Below, one piece after another: positions 9,309-17,672 of a stretch of DNA of 32,000 bases (the stretch's first letter is position 1; every line of letters starts with the position of its first letter). The notes under the pieces were generated by a model. It ran no database searches, was not told the DNA's origin, and saw nothing but the letters and a program-made list of their open reading frames with translations. This DNA comes from Okeania sp. (GTDB lineage: Bacteria; Cyanobacteriota; Cyanobacteriia; Cyanobacteriales; Microcoleaceae), in contig NZ_JAYKGW010000059.1 in assembly GCF_035285525.1 (NCBI RefSeq), forward strand, positions 1-32,000, given 5' to 3'. The position numbers were made by a program, and so were the translations under genes.

Positions 9309-9695
9309 GGGCGCGTTTGTATAAATCTTAAAGTAACCACAAAAATTATAGCTAAAACCCGCTCCTACTATACATAATTAATGATTATTAAATACTGGAG
9401 AGTACAAAGTTATCCTAAAAAATGATTTATTTCCAGGCTGAAAGTATTGCTAATAAAGGTTGGCAATGCCTACAAACTTGGATAGAAAGTTTCTAAATTT
9501 TTAGATGGCTGAAAGCCTTAGTTAGCAATAGCGATCGCTAGAACTTTGCACTGTCGAGTTAATTAATTTATAACTCGTATTACACCATTTTCTCTGTGTC
9601 ATTCCACTACTATATTTACTACTGATAACTGAAAGGGCGGGTTTGTATAAATCTTAAAGTCAGCACAAAAATTATAGCTAAAAACCGCCCCTACT
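9309..9695. repeat. Direct pair of about 61-bp hairpin repeats (GGGCGGGTTTGTATAAATCTTAAAGT..CACAAAAATTATAGCTAAAACCCGCCCCTACT)
   Basis: Copies at 9309-9369 and 9635-9695 are near-identical when read side by side. Each can fold through its GGGCGGGTTT/AAACCGCCC ends. Confidence 0.85.
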
Positions 9696-9907
9696 CTAGA
9701 TAATTAATAATTAATAATTATTAATTAATTTGCCATCTTTGCCACACTTACTGCTTAACCTAATTTCCGAATTTGTGTCAAAATAGCTTCATATTATTGA
9801 GCAGTATTTAATGTTTGATTAGCTGTTTATAGAGATAATAAGTTGAGATTTTTTTGGTATTTTTTCACAAGGATTCTTTTTCCAAAAATCACAATAATTT
9901 ATCAACT

Positions 9908-10144
9908 CTAAAATAGTCGATTTAACCGATCATTTTCTGTTAGTAATACTTGGTGATTTTTGCGAATAGATTCAACAACCAAACTAATATGTTGCAAATC
10001 TTGACTAAAGTTTTCCAAGTCATTAATAGTATCAGCTCGAATTTGATGCTTAACTTCTATTTTGCCGTGCAAATTATCTTCCCACTGTTGCTTTAGTGGT
10101 GTTTTTGTACCCTGATGAATAGTGAATTTGCGAATTTTAATCAT
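9908..10144 (-). CDS. Hypothetical protein (78 aa)
   Basis: ORF only; co-oriented with its neighbours. No recognisable motif. Confidence 0.4.
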   Translation of the reverse strand: MIKIRKFTIHQGTKTPLKQQWEDNLHGKIEVKHQIRADTINDLENFSQDLQHISLVVESIRKNHQVLLTENDRLNRLF

Positions 10145-10506
10145 TTGTATTTCCTGGAGTTTTCAGATTTTTTATTAGCGCTCTTAGCAGTCATCTCAAA
10201 TCCGCTGTTTTGGAGAATAAGGTTCTACCATCATTATTGGTAAAAACTCTTAGTTTGTAGAGGGTACGGTTCCCGAAAAATTGGAGACCAAACCCCTACG
10301 GAGAGAGAATTATACCGATACTAGCGGATTTGATATCCACTATCAGCTTTTGTTTGAGGCTTTTGAATGTAATACTTACTAAGATTAACTGACAGCCTTT
10401 TTCTCAATAACTTTTAATTCTCTTTGGAATTAATTTATCCTTTGAAAATAATGAGTTAATAACCCATAGCTGAGTGCTGATAACTGAATGCTAAATGCTT
10501 AAAAAT

Positions 10507-11211
10507 TTATGAAGATAATGCACTAGCTACAGGCTGATTTCCAGATAATAAAGTTGTATCATTACCAAAATTTAAACTCTTTCCTGAATCTTGAGGATTA
10601 GTATGAGCAGACATCAAACTAGCAGTTTCATGGGGAGATAAATTATCTAAACAAACCATTTTTCTGGTACCATCTAAATCAATCATTCTTGATAGATTAT
10701 TTTCCTCAGAAAGCACTGCTGCTGCTTGATGAATAATTGACCAGTCTGTACGTTCTTGCCAATGCCATTTTAAACTGTAATAATTAATAGGTTTTACTAC
10801 TCCATTTTTATCTGGTTTTTGACCGCTATGTTTCACAAATTCAGGAATAAAAATTCCTGTGGCTGGTTCAATTCCATTGGCTTGAACTGAAGCAATTAAA
10901 CGATTAAAATCATTCAAAGAACGACTTTTAATATATGTCACCATTAATACTCCTTGAGGTAATTCTCCTGATTCAGCAACAAACCAAAGTTGACCCCATA
11001 ATGTATTAATTGTTTGACCTAAATTACCAAAAAATTTGCTGAATTTAAGGATTGTCATTGATACTTTGGAACCGTAATCTGTGTCGCCAATTACCCATTG
11101 TCCTGATTGACAATTATTACGAACCGCAATAGGAATTTCTGGTACTAATAAGGCTTGTTTTGGTTTATAACCAAAAACATCTATTTTAGGTTTTGTATTA
11201 GTATTAGACAT
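10507..11211 (-). CDS. Hypothetical protein (234 aa from the internal ATG MSNTNTKPK...)
   Basis: Clean ORF with non-repetitive composition. The upstream 20 codons of the tracked ORF are K-rich and low-complexity, so I prefer the ATG at 11211. No family recognised. Confidence 0.6.
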   Translation of the reverse strand: MSNTNTKPKIDVFGYKPKQALLVPEIPIAVRNNCQSGQWVIGDTDYGSKVSMTILKFSKFFGNLGQTINTLWGQLWFVAESGELPQGVLMVTYIKSRSLNDFNRLIASVQANGIEPATGIFIPEFVKHSGQKPDKNGVVKPINYYSLKWHWQERTDWSIIHQAAAVLSEENNLSRMIDLDGTRKMVCLDNLSPHETASLMSAHTNPQDSGKSLNFGNDTTLLSGNQPVASALSS

Positions 11212-11364
11212 TTTTTTCTTTCTTTTTAGTTTAGTTTGTTTCGAGTTTTTTGTTGTTAGTTGAAGTAGCATTTAACTGTCAACTATAAGCTATCAGATAT
11301 CATCTTTTTAAGGTGTATAAATATCAAACATCCTGTGTACTTACAGGAAATCCAGATAAACAAC

Positions 11365-11742
11365 CCCCAGTGGGATTTTTCGGGAACCGTGCATCCTGCT
11401 CCTGAGTTCCTGCCTAGGAGCACGGGAGCAGGATGCTCCCACTGTTGAAATAATTACAATAGAATACGCTGAAAGCTTAAAAAGCGAAGAGGGAGATTTG
11501 CCTTTCAAATGAAAATAAGTTTGGCGATCGCTTCAGCAGAACAAAGTTCGATCCCTAATTATCCAGATACAATCAGGAGTTACGGAAAAACCTAATTGGT
11601 AGTCGCATGTAGTTACAGGAGATGGAAATAAATAATCCCCAGTGGGATTTTTCGGGAACCGTGCATCTTGCTCGCAAGTATATTCTCCCGCATGTTGCCC
11701 GCGAGTTCGTGCTAGCAAGTACGGGAGCAAGATGCTCCCACT
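11365..11742. repeat. Two copies of the CCCCAGTGGGATTTTTCGGGAACCGTGCATC..GAGCAGGATGCTCCCACTG hairpin element
   Basis: Copies at 11365-11444 and 11637-11742. The TTTTCGGGAACCGTGCA core also occurs at 10266 (inverted), 24631 and 29196. Confidence 0.8.
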
Positions 11743-11783
11743 ACTTTTCCTTCTGCCTTTCTCCCCCCCCTACTCCCTACTCC

Positions 11784-12050
11784 CTAATTAAGTAGTTGTG
11801 AAAATTTTCCTGGTTCTGGATATTTATAATCTGTAGTTGCTTGTTCCTGAGCTTTAATGATTCGTAATGCTCCCACTAAATGCTCTAACATTTCTATGTG
11901 AGCAGGAGTAAAGTGAATACTGAAACCTTCCCCATCCCTGGCATAACCTGGGCACACAAGAGAGGCAGCATTCTGTTCTTCATGGGTGGCAATATACAGC
12001 CAATCTTCGTCTTCCAATTTGTAGTGGGTCTCTGTCCAGGTTCTTAGCAT
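11784..12050 (-). CDS. Hypothetical protein (88 aa), first gene leftward of the XRE/ImmA divergent promoter
   Basis: ATG at 12050 is preceded by GGAGGA. The longer tracked ORF (to 12125) would start without an RBS. Confidence 0.5.
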   Translation of the reverse strand: MLRTWTETHYKLEDEDWLYIATHEEQNAASLVCPGYARDGEGFSIHFTPAHIEMLEHLVGALRIIKAQEQATTDYKYPEPGKFSQLLN

Positions 12051-12147
12051 GATGGTATCCTCCAGGTGGACTATACTTGTGAAGACTAAGGGTAAATTTA
12101 CAATTAGCCAATTTGACCATGACACTATATATAGAGTATGATTTTGA

Positions 12148-12263
12148 TTGACTGAATTTTCAACCTTACCAGTAGTGTAATTTAATTGACTTTTTTATCA
12201 ACTTAATTTTATTGTAGCGCTTGTTGATTTAAACGTCAAGCAAAAAGTTGAAATTTTCATCAA
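12148..12263. promoter_or_regulatory. Four TTGA-N8-TCAA palindromic-arm sites (candidate XRE operators) in the divergent intergenic region
   Basis: TTGACTGAATTTTCAA 12148-12163; TTGACTTTTTTATCAA 12186-12201; TTGATTTAAACGTCAA 12224-12239; TTGAAATTTTCATCAA 12248-12263. Start-to-start spacing is 38, 38 and 24 bp. Confidence 0.6.
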
Positions 12264-12276
12264 ATTAGTCTAAAAT
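12248..12276 (+). promoter_or_regulatory. Sigma70-like promoter for the XRE/ImmA operon (TTGAAA-17 bp-TAAAAT)
   Basis: The -35 TTGAAA (12248-12253) overlaps operator site 4. The -10 TAAAAT (12271-12276) lies 17 bp downstream. AGGAGG at 12284-12289, GTG start at 12299. Confidence 0.45.
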
Positions 12277-12298
12277 ACTTACCAGGAGGTAAAAAGCC

Positions 12299-12640
12299 GT
12301 GGTAAACAGTTTTGGAAATCTAATTAGAAAGGCCCGCAAGGACAAAGGATACTCCCAAAGGGAGTTGGCCAAAAATCTAGGAGTGGACTTCACCTATTTG
12401 TCCAAGCTAGAAAACGATCGCGCAGACTATGCGCCAAAAGAAGAAGTGATTCGCGGACTAGCGAAGAATCTCAATTTGAATCCAGAGGAATTAATTTTCC
12501 TGGCTGGGAGGATTCCTCAACAGTACCAGGAAATTCTCAGGCAAAATCCTAGAGAGATGCTAGCATTATTCCGACGAGTACAAGAAAATCCTGAGTTTGC
12601 TCAAAGAATATCTCAAGCAGCAAGGGAGAATGATGTATGA
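12299..12640 (+). CDS. XRE-family helix-turn-helix transcriptional regulator
   Basis: IRKARKDKGYSQRELAKNLGVDFTYLSKLENDR is a classic HTH_3 signature. Strong RBS. 4-bp ATGA overlap with the next gene. Confidence 0.85.
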   Translation: MVNSFGNLIRKARKDKGYSQRELAKNLGVDFTYLSKLENDRADYAPKEEVIRGLAKNLNLNPEELIFLAGRIPQQYQEILRQNPREMLALFRRVQENPEFAQRISQAARENDV

Positions 12641-13320
12641 GTATCCTGAAACCCTATAGCTTTTATCGCAAAGAGTCGATTGAGCATCGGGCAAATGATA
12701 TTCTCAGACAAATGCACAAAACCAGCAATTTTGCTCCCAGTTGGCCTTTTGATGCTTCTTTGGTAGCTGATTTTTTGGATTTGGGAGTAGTTTGGGATAA
12801 AATTCCGCCTGATAAAGAAGGAGCGATCGCTGCTCGAATATTACCAACAGAACGACTGATTGAAATCAATGAGGAAATTTTAGACAAACCTCAAGGATTT
12901 CAAGAATCAACTCTAGCTCATGAAATTGGTCATTGGGTGCTACATATTAATCAGGACGAAGCAGATGGAGTTGTGAAACAGTTAGAACTGGCTCTTGGTG
13001 ATTACGGAAAACCAAAAGAGTCGGAAGAACCTTTTGTGTGTCGGGGTGCAGATAAGAGTAAAATAAACTCTATCGAATGGCAAGCACAATATTTTGCTGG
13101 TTGTTTATTAATGCCGAAATCTATTCTGGAAGAGAAAAGACAAGGCAGAGATTTAACCAAGTGGTCAAACCTTTATAAAATCAAAGATGAGTTAGGGGTG
13201 AGTATTTCTAATTTGACTTACCGTTTGCAAGAGTTTGGCTGGATTTCGATACCAAAAGGTAGTCGCACAATTTATCGGGGTGCTGTTGAAGTTAAGGGAC
13301 AAACACATTTGTTTGGATAA
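12637..13320 (+). CDS. ImmA/IrrE-family (COG2856-type) zinc metallopeptidase
   Basis: HEIGHWVLH (HExxH) motif with downstream E...QAQYFAGCLLMP. Translationally coupled to the XRE gene. Confidence 0.8.
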   Translation: MSILKPYSFYRKESIEHRANDILRQMHKTSNFAPSWPFDASLVADFLDLGVVWDKIPPDKEGAIAARILPTERLIEINEEILDKPQGFQESTLAHEIGHWVLHINQDEADGVVKQLELALGDYGKPKESEEPFVCRGADKSKINSIEWQAQYFAGCLLMPKSILEEKRQGRDLTKWSNLYKIKDELGVSISNLTYRLQEFGWISIPKGSRTIYRGAVEVKGQTHLFG

Positions 13321-13360
13321 GCTTCTGATACTAATTTGTTCAAGATATGCAAAATTTGAA

Positions 13361-13826
13361 CCCTCCTAACCCCTTGAAAATGGGGTTAGGGGGGATCGCA
13401 AGGTCAGGTTTTACCAAAAAATCAAGTCCAAAGTCTCCCCTTTTAAGGGGATGAAAAAGCGGTCGAGGGATGGCGAGGTTTCCTCACCATATCCAATCGA
13501 CCAAGAGAAATATTTAACTTCAGTATTTCCAACCTCCGACTAAACTCGGAGGTTCACTCTCTACTGATTGATAACTGATTAGGATTTACCCATGAACGCT
13601 TAAAATGATGCAATAGATGTAGGTTGGGTTGAGGCACGAAACCCAACAGCAACAAAGCTTTGTTGGGTAGAACGACAGTGAAACAAAACCTACATTTTTA
13701 GATGAAACGGTCTAGTAGGGTGCGTTTTCCGCGCTTGAGCGGACATAAAACGCTACGCGACATGAAAAGCGGTAGCGTAACTGAGCAAGACTCCATATCA
13801 TATATAGTACCTTTGGGTAAGTCCTG
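13361..13826. repeat. Intergenic mosaic of hairpin repeats and one composite AGGA(C/T)TTAC-ended element
   Basis: CCCTCCTAACCCC/GGGGTTAGGGGGG hairpin at 13361-13394 (could also act as the terminator of the ImmA gene). CTCCCCTTTTAAGGGGA..AAAAGCGGTCG module is shared with 24410-24540. GGAGGTTCACTCTCTACTGAT is shared (inverted) with 29080-29110. Element at 13581-13826 has ends AGGATTTACCCATGAACGC / CCTTTGGGTAAGTCCTG. Confidence 0.7.
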
Positions 13827-13876
13827 TAATATTTACTCACCTGACTTTATTCTATCTAATTTTTTTCAATTCCTAG

Positions 13877-14446
13877 TTAACTTTTTTTGGCTGCTAAGTT
13901 AGGTACTTGAGTAAAAGAGTTAATGAAATTTTGAATCTGGTTAATATTATTTGTCCATAGTCCAGTTTCTTCATAGTATTTATTAGTTTTTCCAGGTTGA
14001 GAACAGAGAATATTGGCGCTAGTTACTACAGCAAATTTATCATCACATACCCAATATTTAGAGTGAGTTCCCATCAGTTTAAGTTGAAAATATTGAGGGT
14101 AAAGTAGTTTAAGTTCTTGTAGTTTAAACATAGCATTATATTTCCAAGTATTAGGAGGTGTTAATTTCCACCAACCATTACCAGGAATAATTATATTATC
14201 AAGATCTTTTTGCCATCCCCAACCAATCTCTATTTTTACTTGGCGGTTCAGGGTATTTTTTAATTCTTGAATTAGGTTATTATCGAGACTATGAAGAGTT
14301 AAGAAATGGCAAACAATAATGATTTTTTCTTGAGCTTGATGTCGGGTTTTGAGGAGTAAATAACGATGTTGATATTTACCATGAATAATTCTTTGACAGT
14401 TAAAGGGATTAGTATTTTTCCAATGAGAATTAGTGGTTGAAAACAT
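13877..14446 (-). CDS. Phospholipase-D-superfamily protein with a single HKD motif (Nuc-like nuclease candidate)
   Basis: GTHSKYWVCDDKFAVVTSANI is H-x-K-x4-D followed by the (G)S-x-N region. Size (189 aa) fits single-HKD members that dimerise. Confidence 0.7.
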   Translation of the reverse strand: MFSTTNSHWKNTNPFNCQRIIHGKYQHRYLLLKTRHQAQEKIIIVCHFLTLHSLDNNLIQELKNTLNRQVKIEIGWGWQKDLDNIIIPGNGWWKLTPPNTWKYNAMFKLQELKLLYPQYFQLKLMGTHSKYWVCDDKFAVVTSANILCSQPGKTNKYYEETGLWTNNINQIQNFINSFTQVPNLAAKKS

Positions 14447-14579
14447 TTGTATATTTCCTAATTTGAATGTCTGAATATACTATTGCAGTTATTTTTAGGA
14501 GATATCTTTCAAACATAGGCTGACATAGACTGACATAGGCTAACATATCTCTAATTTTTGGGTAAACTTATTCTTTTAA

Positions 14580-14726
14580 ATATAGCATTTCCTAGGCTAG
14601 TAAGGTACATTGATAATCCCCCTAAATCCCCCTTCGAAAGGGGGACTTTTTGTTCACTTCCCCCCTTTCAAAGGGGGGCAAGGGGGGATAGAAAACTGTA
14701 CCTCACAAGTATGGGAATTGCTATAT
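14580..14726. mobile_element. MITE-like insertion (147 bp) between the PLD and NACHT genes
   Basis: Imperfect ~30-bp terminal inverted repeats, ATATAGCATTTCCTAGGCTAGTAAGGTACA / TGTACCTCACAAGTATGGGAATTGCTATAT, enclose two G/C hairpins (CCCCCTTCGAAAGGGGG, CCCCCCTTTCAAAGGGGGG). Confidence 0.55.
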
Positions 14727-14788
14727 CTTTGATTTATAATAGTTTATCTAGTTGGAAATACTATTTGAATATAAATAATAATTATCTG

Positions 14789-17173
14789 ATGTCTTTACCA
14801 AAAGATTTTTTAACTGACATTGCCAGAAAATATGAACTTTCCCCAGAACAAGAAGAAGTCTTTATAGAAGTTTTTAGCACTGGAAAGTCAGACTTAGAAA
14901 TAGCACAAAAGCTCCATATATCTGATTCAACATTTCGTACTCGGATGAGCAATGTTTATAATAAATTTAGCATAGGAGGTAAAGGACCTGGTAAACGGAA
15001 TAAGCTACAAAACTTTTTAGTAGATAAATATCGTTCTAGTAATTTCTCTGAATCTAATCAAGTTGATCTTTCCCCAGACAATATTAATGATTTAGTAGCC
15101 AAAGTACGTCTAAATATTCGAGAAATTATTTTAGACAAATGTGGCACTATGAAAGTATTAGATATGAATCAATCTATTGGCTTAAATGATATTTATACAA
15201 ACGTTAATATCTTGGAAAAAATCACGGGTCGGATAAGAAAAGATATTTCTCAAATTTATAAAGAGTACAATGCTGAAAATTTTGAACGTTTTGAAATTGG
15301 TGAAGTTAGTCAGGAAAGAATACCGGGAATAGAAATTGTTAAACGTTATTCAAAATTGATGGTTTTAGGTAAACCAGGAGCAGGAAAAACTACATTCTTA
15401 AAATATTTAGCTATTCAATGTATTGACGGATATTTCCTTACAAATCTTGTGCCAATTTTTATTACTCTCAGACAGTTTGCAGAGGCAGATAATCAACCTA
15501 CTATACTAGAATATATAACTCATTTTTTTTCTGATGATACTGTTTCTGATATAGAAATAGATAGCCTTTTCAAAAATGGCAGAGCATTAATTTTACTTGA
15601 TGGTTTGGATGAAGTTAGAGAAGCAGATTATAATCATGTATTAAAACAAATTCTGCATTTTTCCACTCAATATTCTAAGAATAAATTTGTCATAACTTGT
15701 CGCATTGCTGCACGGGAATATAACTTTGATAAATTTACAGATGTACAAGTAGCTGACTTTGATAATGAGCAAATAAACAATTTTGCTAATAATTGGTTTA
15801 AATCTAAAAATCCAGAGATAGGTAAGAAATTTATTTATAAACTTCAGGAAAATCAACCAGTTAAAGAATTAGCTACAAATCCTTTATTATTAACTCTTTT
15901 ATGTTTAGAATTTGAAGATTATTTGGATTTTCCCACAAATCGTTCTGAACTTTATGAAAGAGGAGTAAATATACTTTTAAGTAAGTGGGATGCTAAACGT
16001 GGTATTGAACGAGACCAAGTTTATAAAATGTTATCTCTGAGGCGAAAAGAAGACTTGCTTAGTCAGGTTGCTGTGAAAACTTTTGAACGGGGCGATTACT
16101 TTTTTAAACAAAAAGAATTACAGGAAAAGATTGTTGTTTATATTGAAAATTTACCTGATGCTAAAACCGATCCAGAAGCTTTGTTGATAGATAGTGAAGC
16201 AGTGTTGAAATCTATTGAAGCACAGCATGGATTATTTGTAGAAAGAGCGCGTGGTATTTATTCTTTTTCTCATTTGACTTTTCACGAATATTTTACAGCA
16301 AGGGGAATTTATGCAACTTCTAATGGTTTAAAAATTTTGGTAAATCATGTTAGTGAAATTCGTTGGCGCGAGGTGTTTCTGTTAGTAGCTGGTATGCTGC
16401 AAAATGCTGATGAATTTTTGTTATTAATGAAGGATAAAATTGATAATTTATTAGCACAAGATGAAATATTACAAAGCTTTCTAAACTGGGGTCATCAAAA
16501 AGCTAGTTCAATTAAACTGCCATTAAAAGCTGCTAACATCCGTGCTTTTTACTTAGAACTAGAGGAAGACTGTGCTTACGATGATACTATGAGAGCTGGA
16601 ATATATTCAAAATTTGTTGATGAATTATTAGAATTTAGGTATATAGATACTGATGAATTAAAAAATTACTTTATCTACTATTATTCCTCAGCAGATTATC
16701 ATACTTTTAACAATTATATTGTGCTAGATAAAAAGTTTCAAAGCCTGTTTACTGATGCTTATTATGGGAATTATTCTGTTTTATCCGAAGATATTGAAAG
16801 TATTTTAAATTTTGACCTGGAACCAAATCTTGAATATTCACTTCAACACCTCAAAAATAAACTACCTAATTACCAACAAGACGAACAAAATATGAACGAG
16901 TGGTGGAAAATAAATGGTTATAATTGGATTCAAGAATTAAGAGATATAATGATGGCATATAGAAATATTGGTCACGACTGGCAACTTACCCAAGAACAAA
17001 TGCAATTTAATGAAGAAAAAATAGAATTACTGCAAAAATATTATGACGCTAACGAACTGCTAATAGAATGTTTAATGAGTGATTATTTTGTCACTCGTGA
17101 AGTAAGAAATAAAATCGAAGAAGAATTATTTTTACCCATTGCTGAAATTGAAAAAAGGAAAGAACAAAAATGA
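14789..17173 (+). CDS. STAND NTPase: N-terminal LuxR/sigma70-region-4-type HTH + NACHT P-loop domain + all-helical C-terminal domains (794 aa from ATG 14789)
   Basis: HTH: LSPEQEEVFIEVFSTGKSDLEIAQKLHISDSTFRTRMSNVYNKF. Walker A: VLGKPGAGKTTFLKYLA. Walker B: ALILLDGLDEV. Then TCRI..., NPLLLTLLC. No WD40, TPR or LRR repeats seen. The tracked ORF's first 77 codons run through the MITE-like repeat, so I prefer the internal ATG. Confidence 0.8.
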   Translation: MSLPKDFLTDIARKYELSPEQEEVFIEVFSTGKSDLEIAQKLHISDSTFRTRMSNVYNKFSIGGKGPGKRNKLQNFLVDKYRSSNFSESNQVDLSPDNINDLVAKVRLNIREIILDKCGTMKVLDMNQSIGLNDIYTNVNILEKITGRIRKDISQIYKEYNAENFERFEIGEVSQERIPGIEIVKRYSKLMVLGKPGAGKTTFLKYLAIQCIDGYFLTNLVPIFITLRQFAEADNQPTILEYITHFFSDDTVSDIEIDSLFKNGRALILLDGLDEVREADYNHVLKQILHFSTQYSKNKFVITCRIAAREYNFDKFTDVQVADFDNEQINNFANNWFKSKNPEIGKKFIYKLQENQPVKELATNPLLLTLLCLEFEDYLDFPTNRSELYERGVNILLSKWDAKRGIERDQVYKMLSLRRKEDLLSQVAVKTFERGDYFFKQKELQEKIVVYIENLPDAKTDPEALLIDSEAVLKSIEAQHGLFVERARGIYSFSHLTFHEYFTARGIYATSNGLKILVNHVSEIRWREVFLLVAGMLQNADEFLLLMKDKIDNLLAQDEILQSFLNWGHQKASSIKLPLKAANIRAFYLELEEDCAYDDTMRAGIYSKFVDELLEFRYIDTDELKNYFIYYYSSADYHTFNNYIVLDKKFQSLFTDAYYGNYSVLSEDIESILNFDLEPNLEYSLQHLKNKLPNYQQDEQNMNEWWKINGYNWIQELRDIMMAYRNIGHDWQLTQEQMQFNEEKIELLQKYYDANELLIECLMSDYFVTREVRNKIEEELFLPIAEIEKRKEQK

Positions 17174-17672
17174 TATATAAAACCCAAGGAGCAAATACAA
17201 CTATTGAAAAATAAATCCTATCTTTTTAATTTCATAACTCCCGAATTACAAATTAATATTTCCTAGATTTAACACTAGGTTTAACTTAAACCAATACAGA
17301 CTTATATTTGTCTATAAACTGGCGATCGCCTCACTGCCCAAATCTAATTTTTCCAGTGGCGTTGCACAATTAGGAATGATGAAGTCTGAAAGTAGATATT
17401 TTTAGATAATTCTTTTATTTATATATCTAGAGTTACTAAATAATTAATAATTAATAATTAATAGTTAATAGGTGATAGGTGATAGTCAGTAATTATTCAT
17501 TCAACAATTCACGCCTTGAAGCCTCCCTTTTTAAAAGGATAAATCAAAAAATTTCCTTGGAGTCAATCTCCTTCTTTGAAGAAGGGATAATTATTAATTA
17601 TTAATTGTTCATTATTAATTACTGAAAAACCGATTATCATTCTTTAATGTGCAACCCCCTAATTATAACTAT

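Noticed and set aside
11533-11730. 65-aa minus-strand ORF
   Set aside because: It overlaps the TTTTCGGGAACCGTGCATC hairpin repeat (copy at 11637-11742), which occurs in several orientations and contexts. There is no RBS.
12663-12887. 74-aa minus-strand ORF
   Set aside because: It is antisense within the well-supported ImmA/IrrE peptidase gene.
13702-13902. 66-aa plus-strand ORF
   Set aside because: It is built from the GTAGGGTGCGTT..GCGACATGAAAAGCG..GGTAAGTCCTG repeat element and overlaps the 3' end of the PLD gene.
14558-14788. 77-codon N-terminal extension of the NACHT ORF (TTG start)
   Set aside because: It translates the MITE-like unit and its G/C hairpins (..PPKSPFERGTFCSLPPFQRGARGD..). 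The family-typical HTH begins right after the internal ATG at 14789.
15641-15856. 71-aa minus-strand ORF
   Set aside because: It is an antisense shadow inside the NACHT gene.
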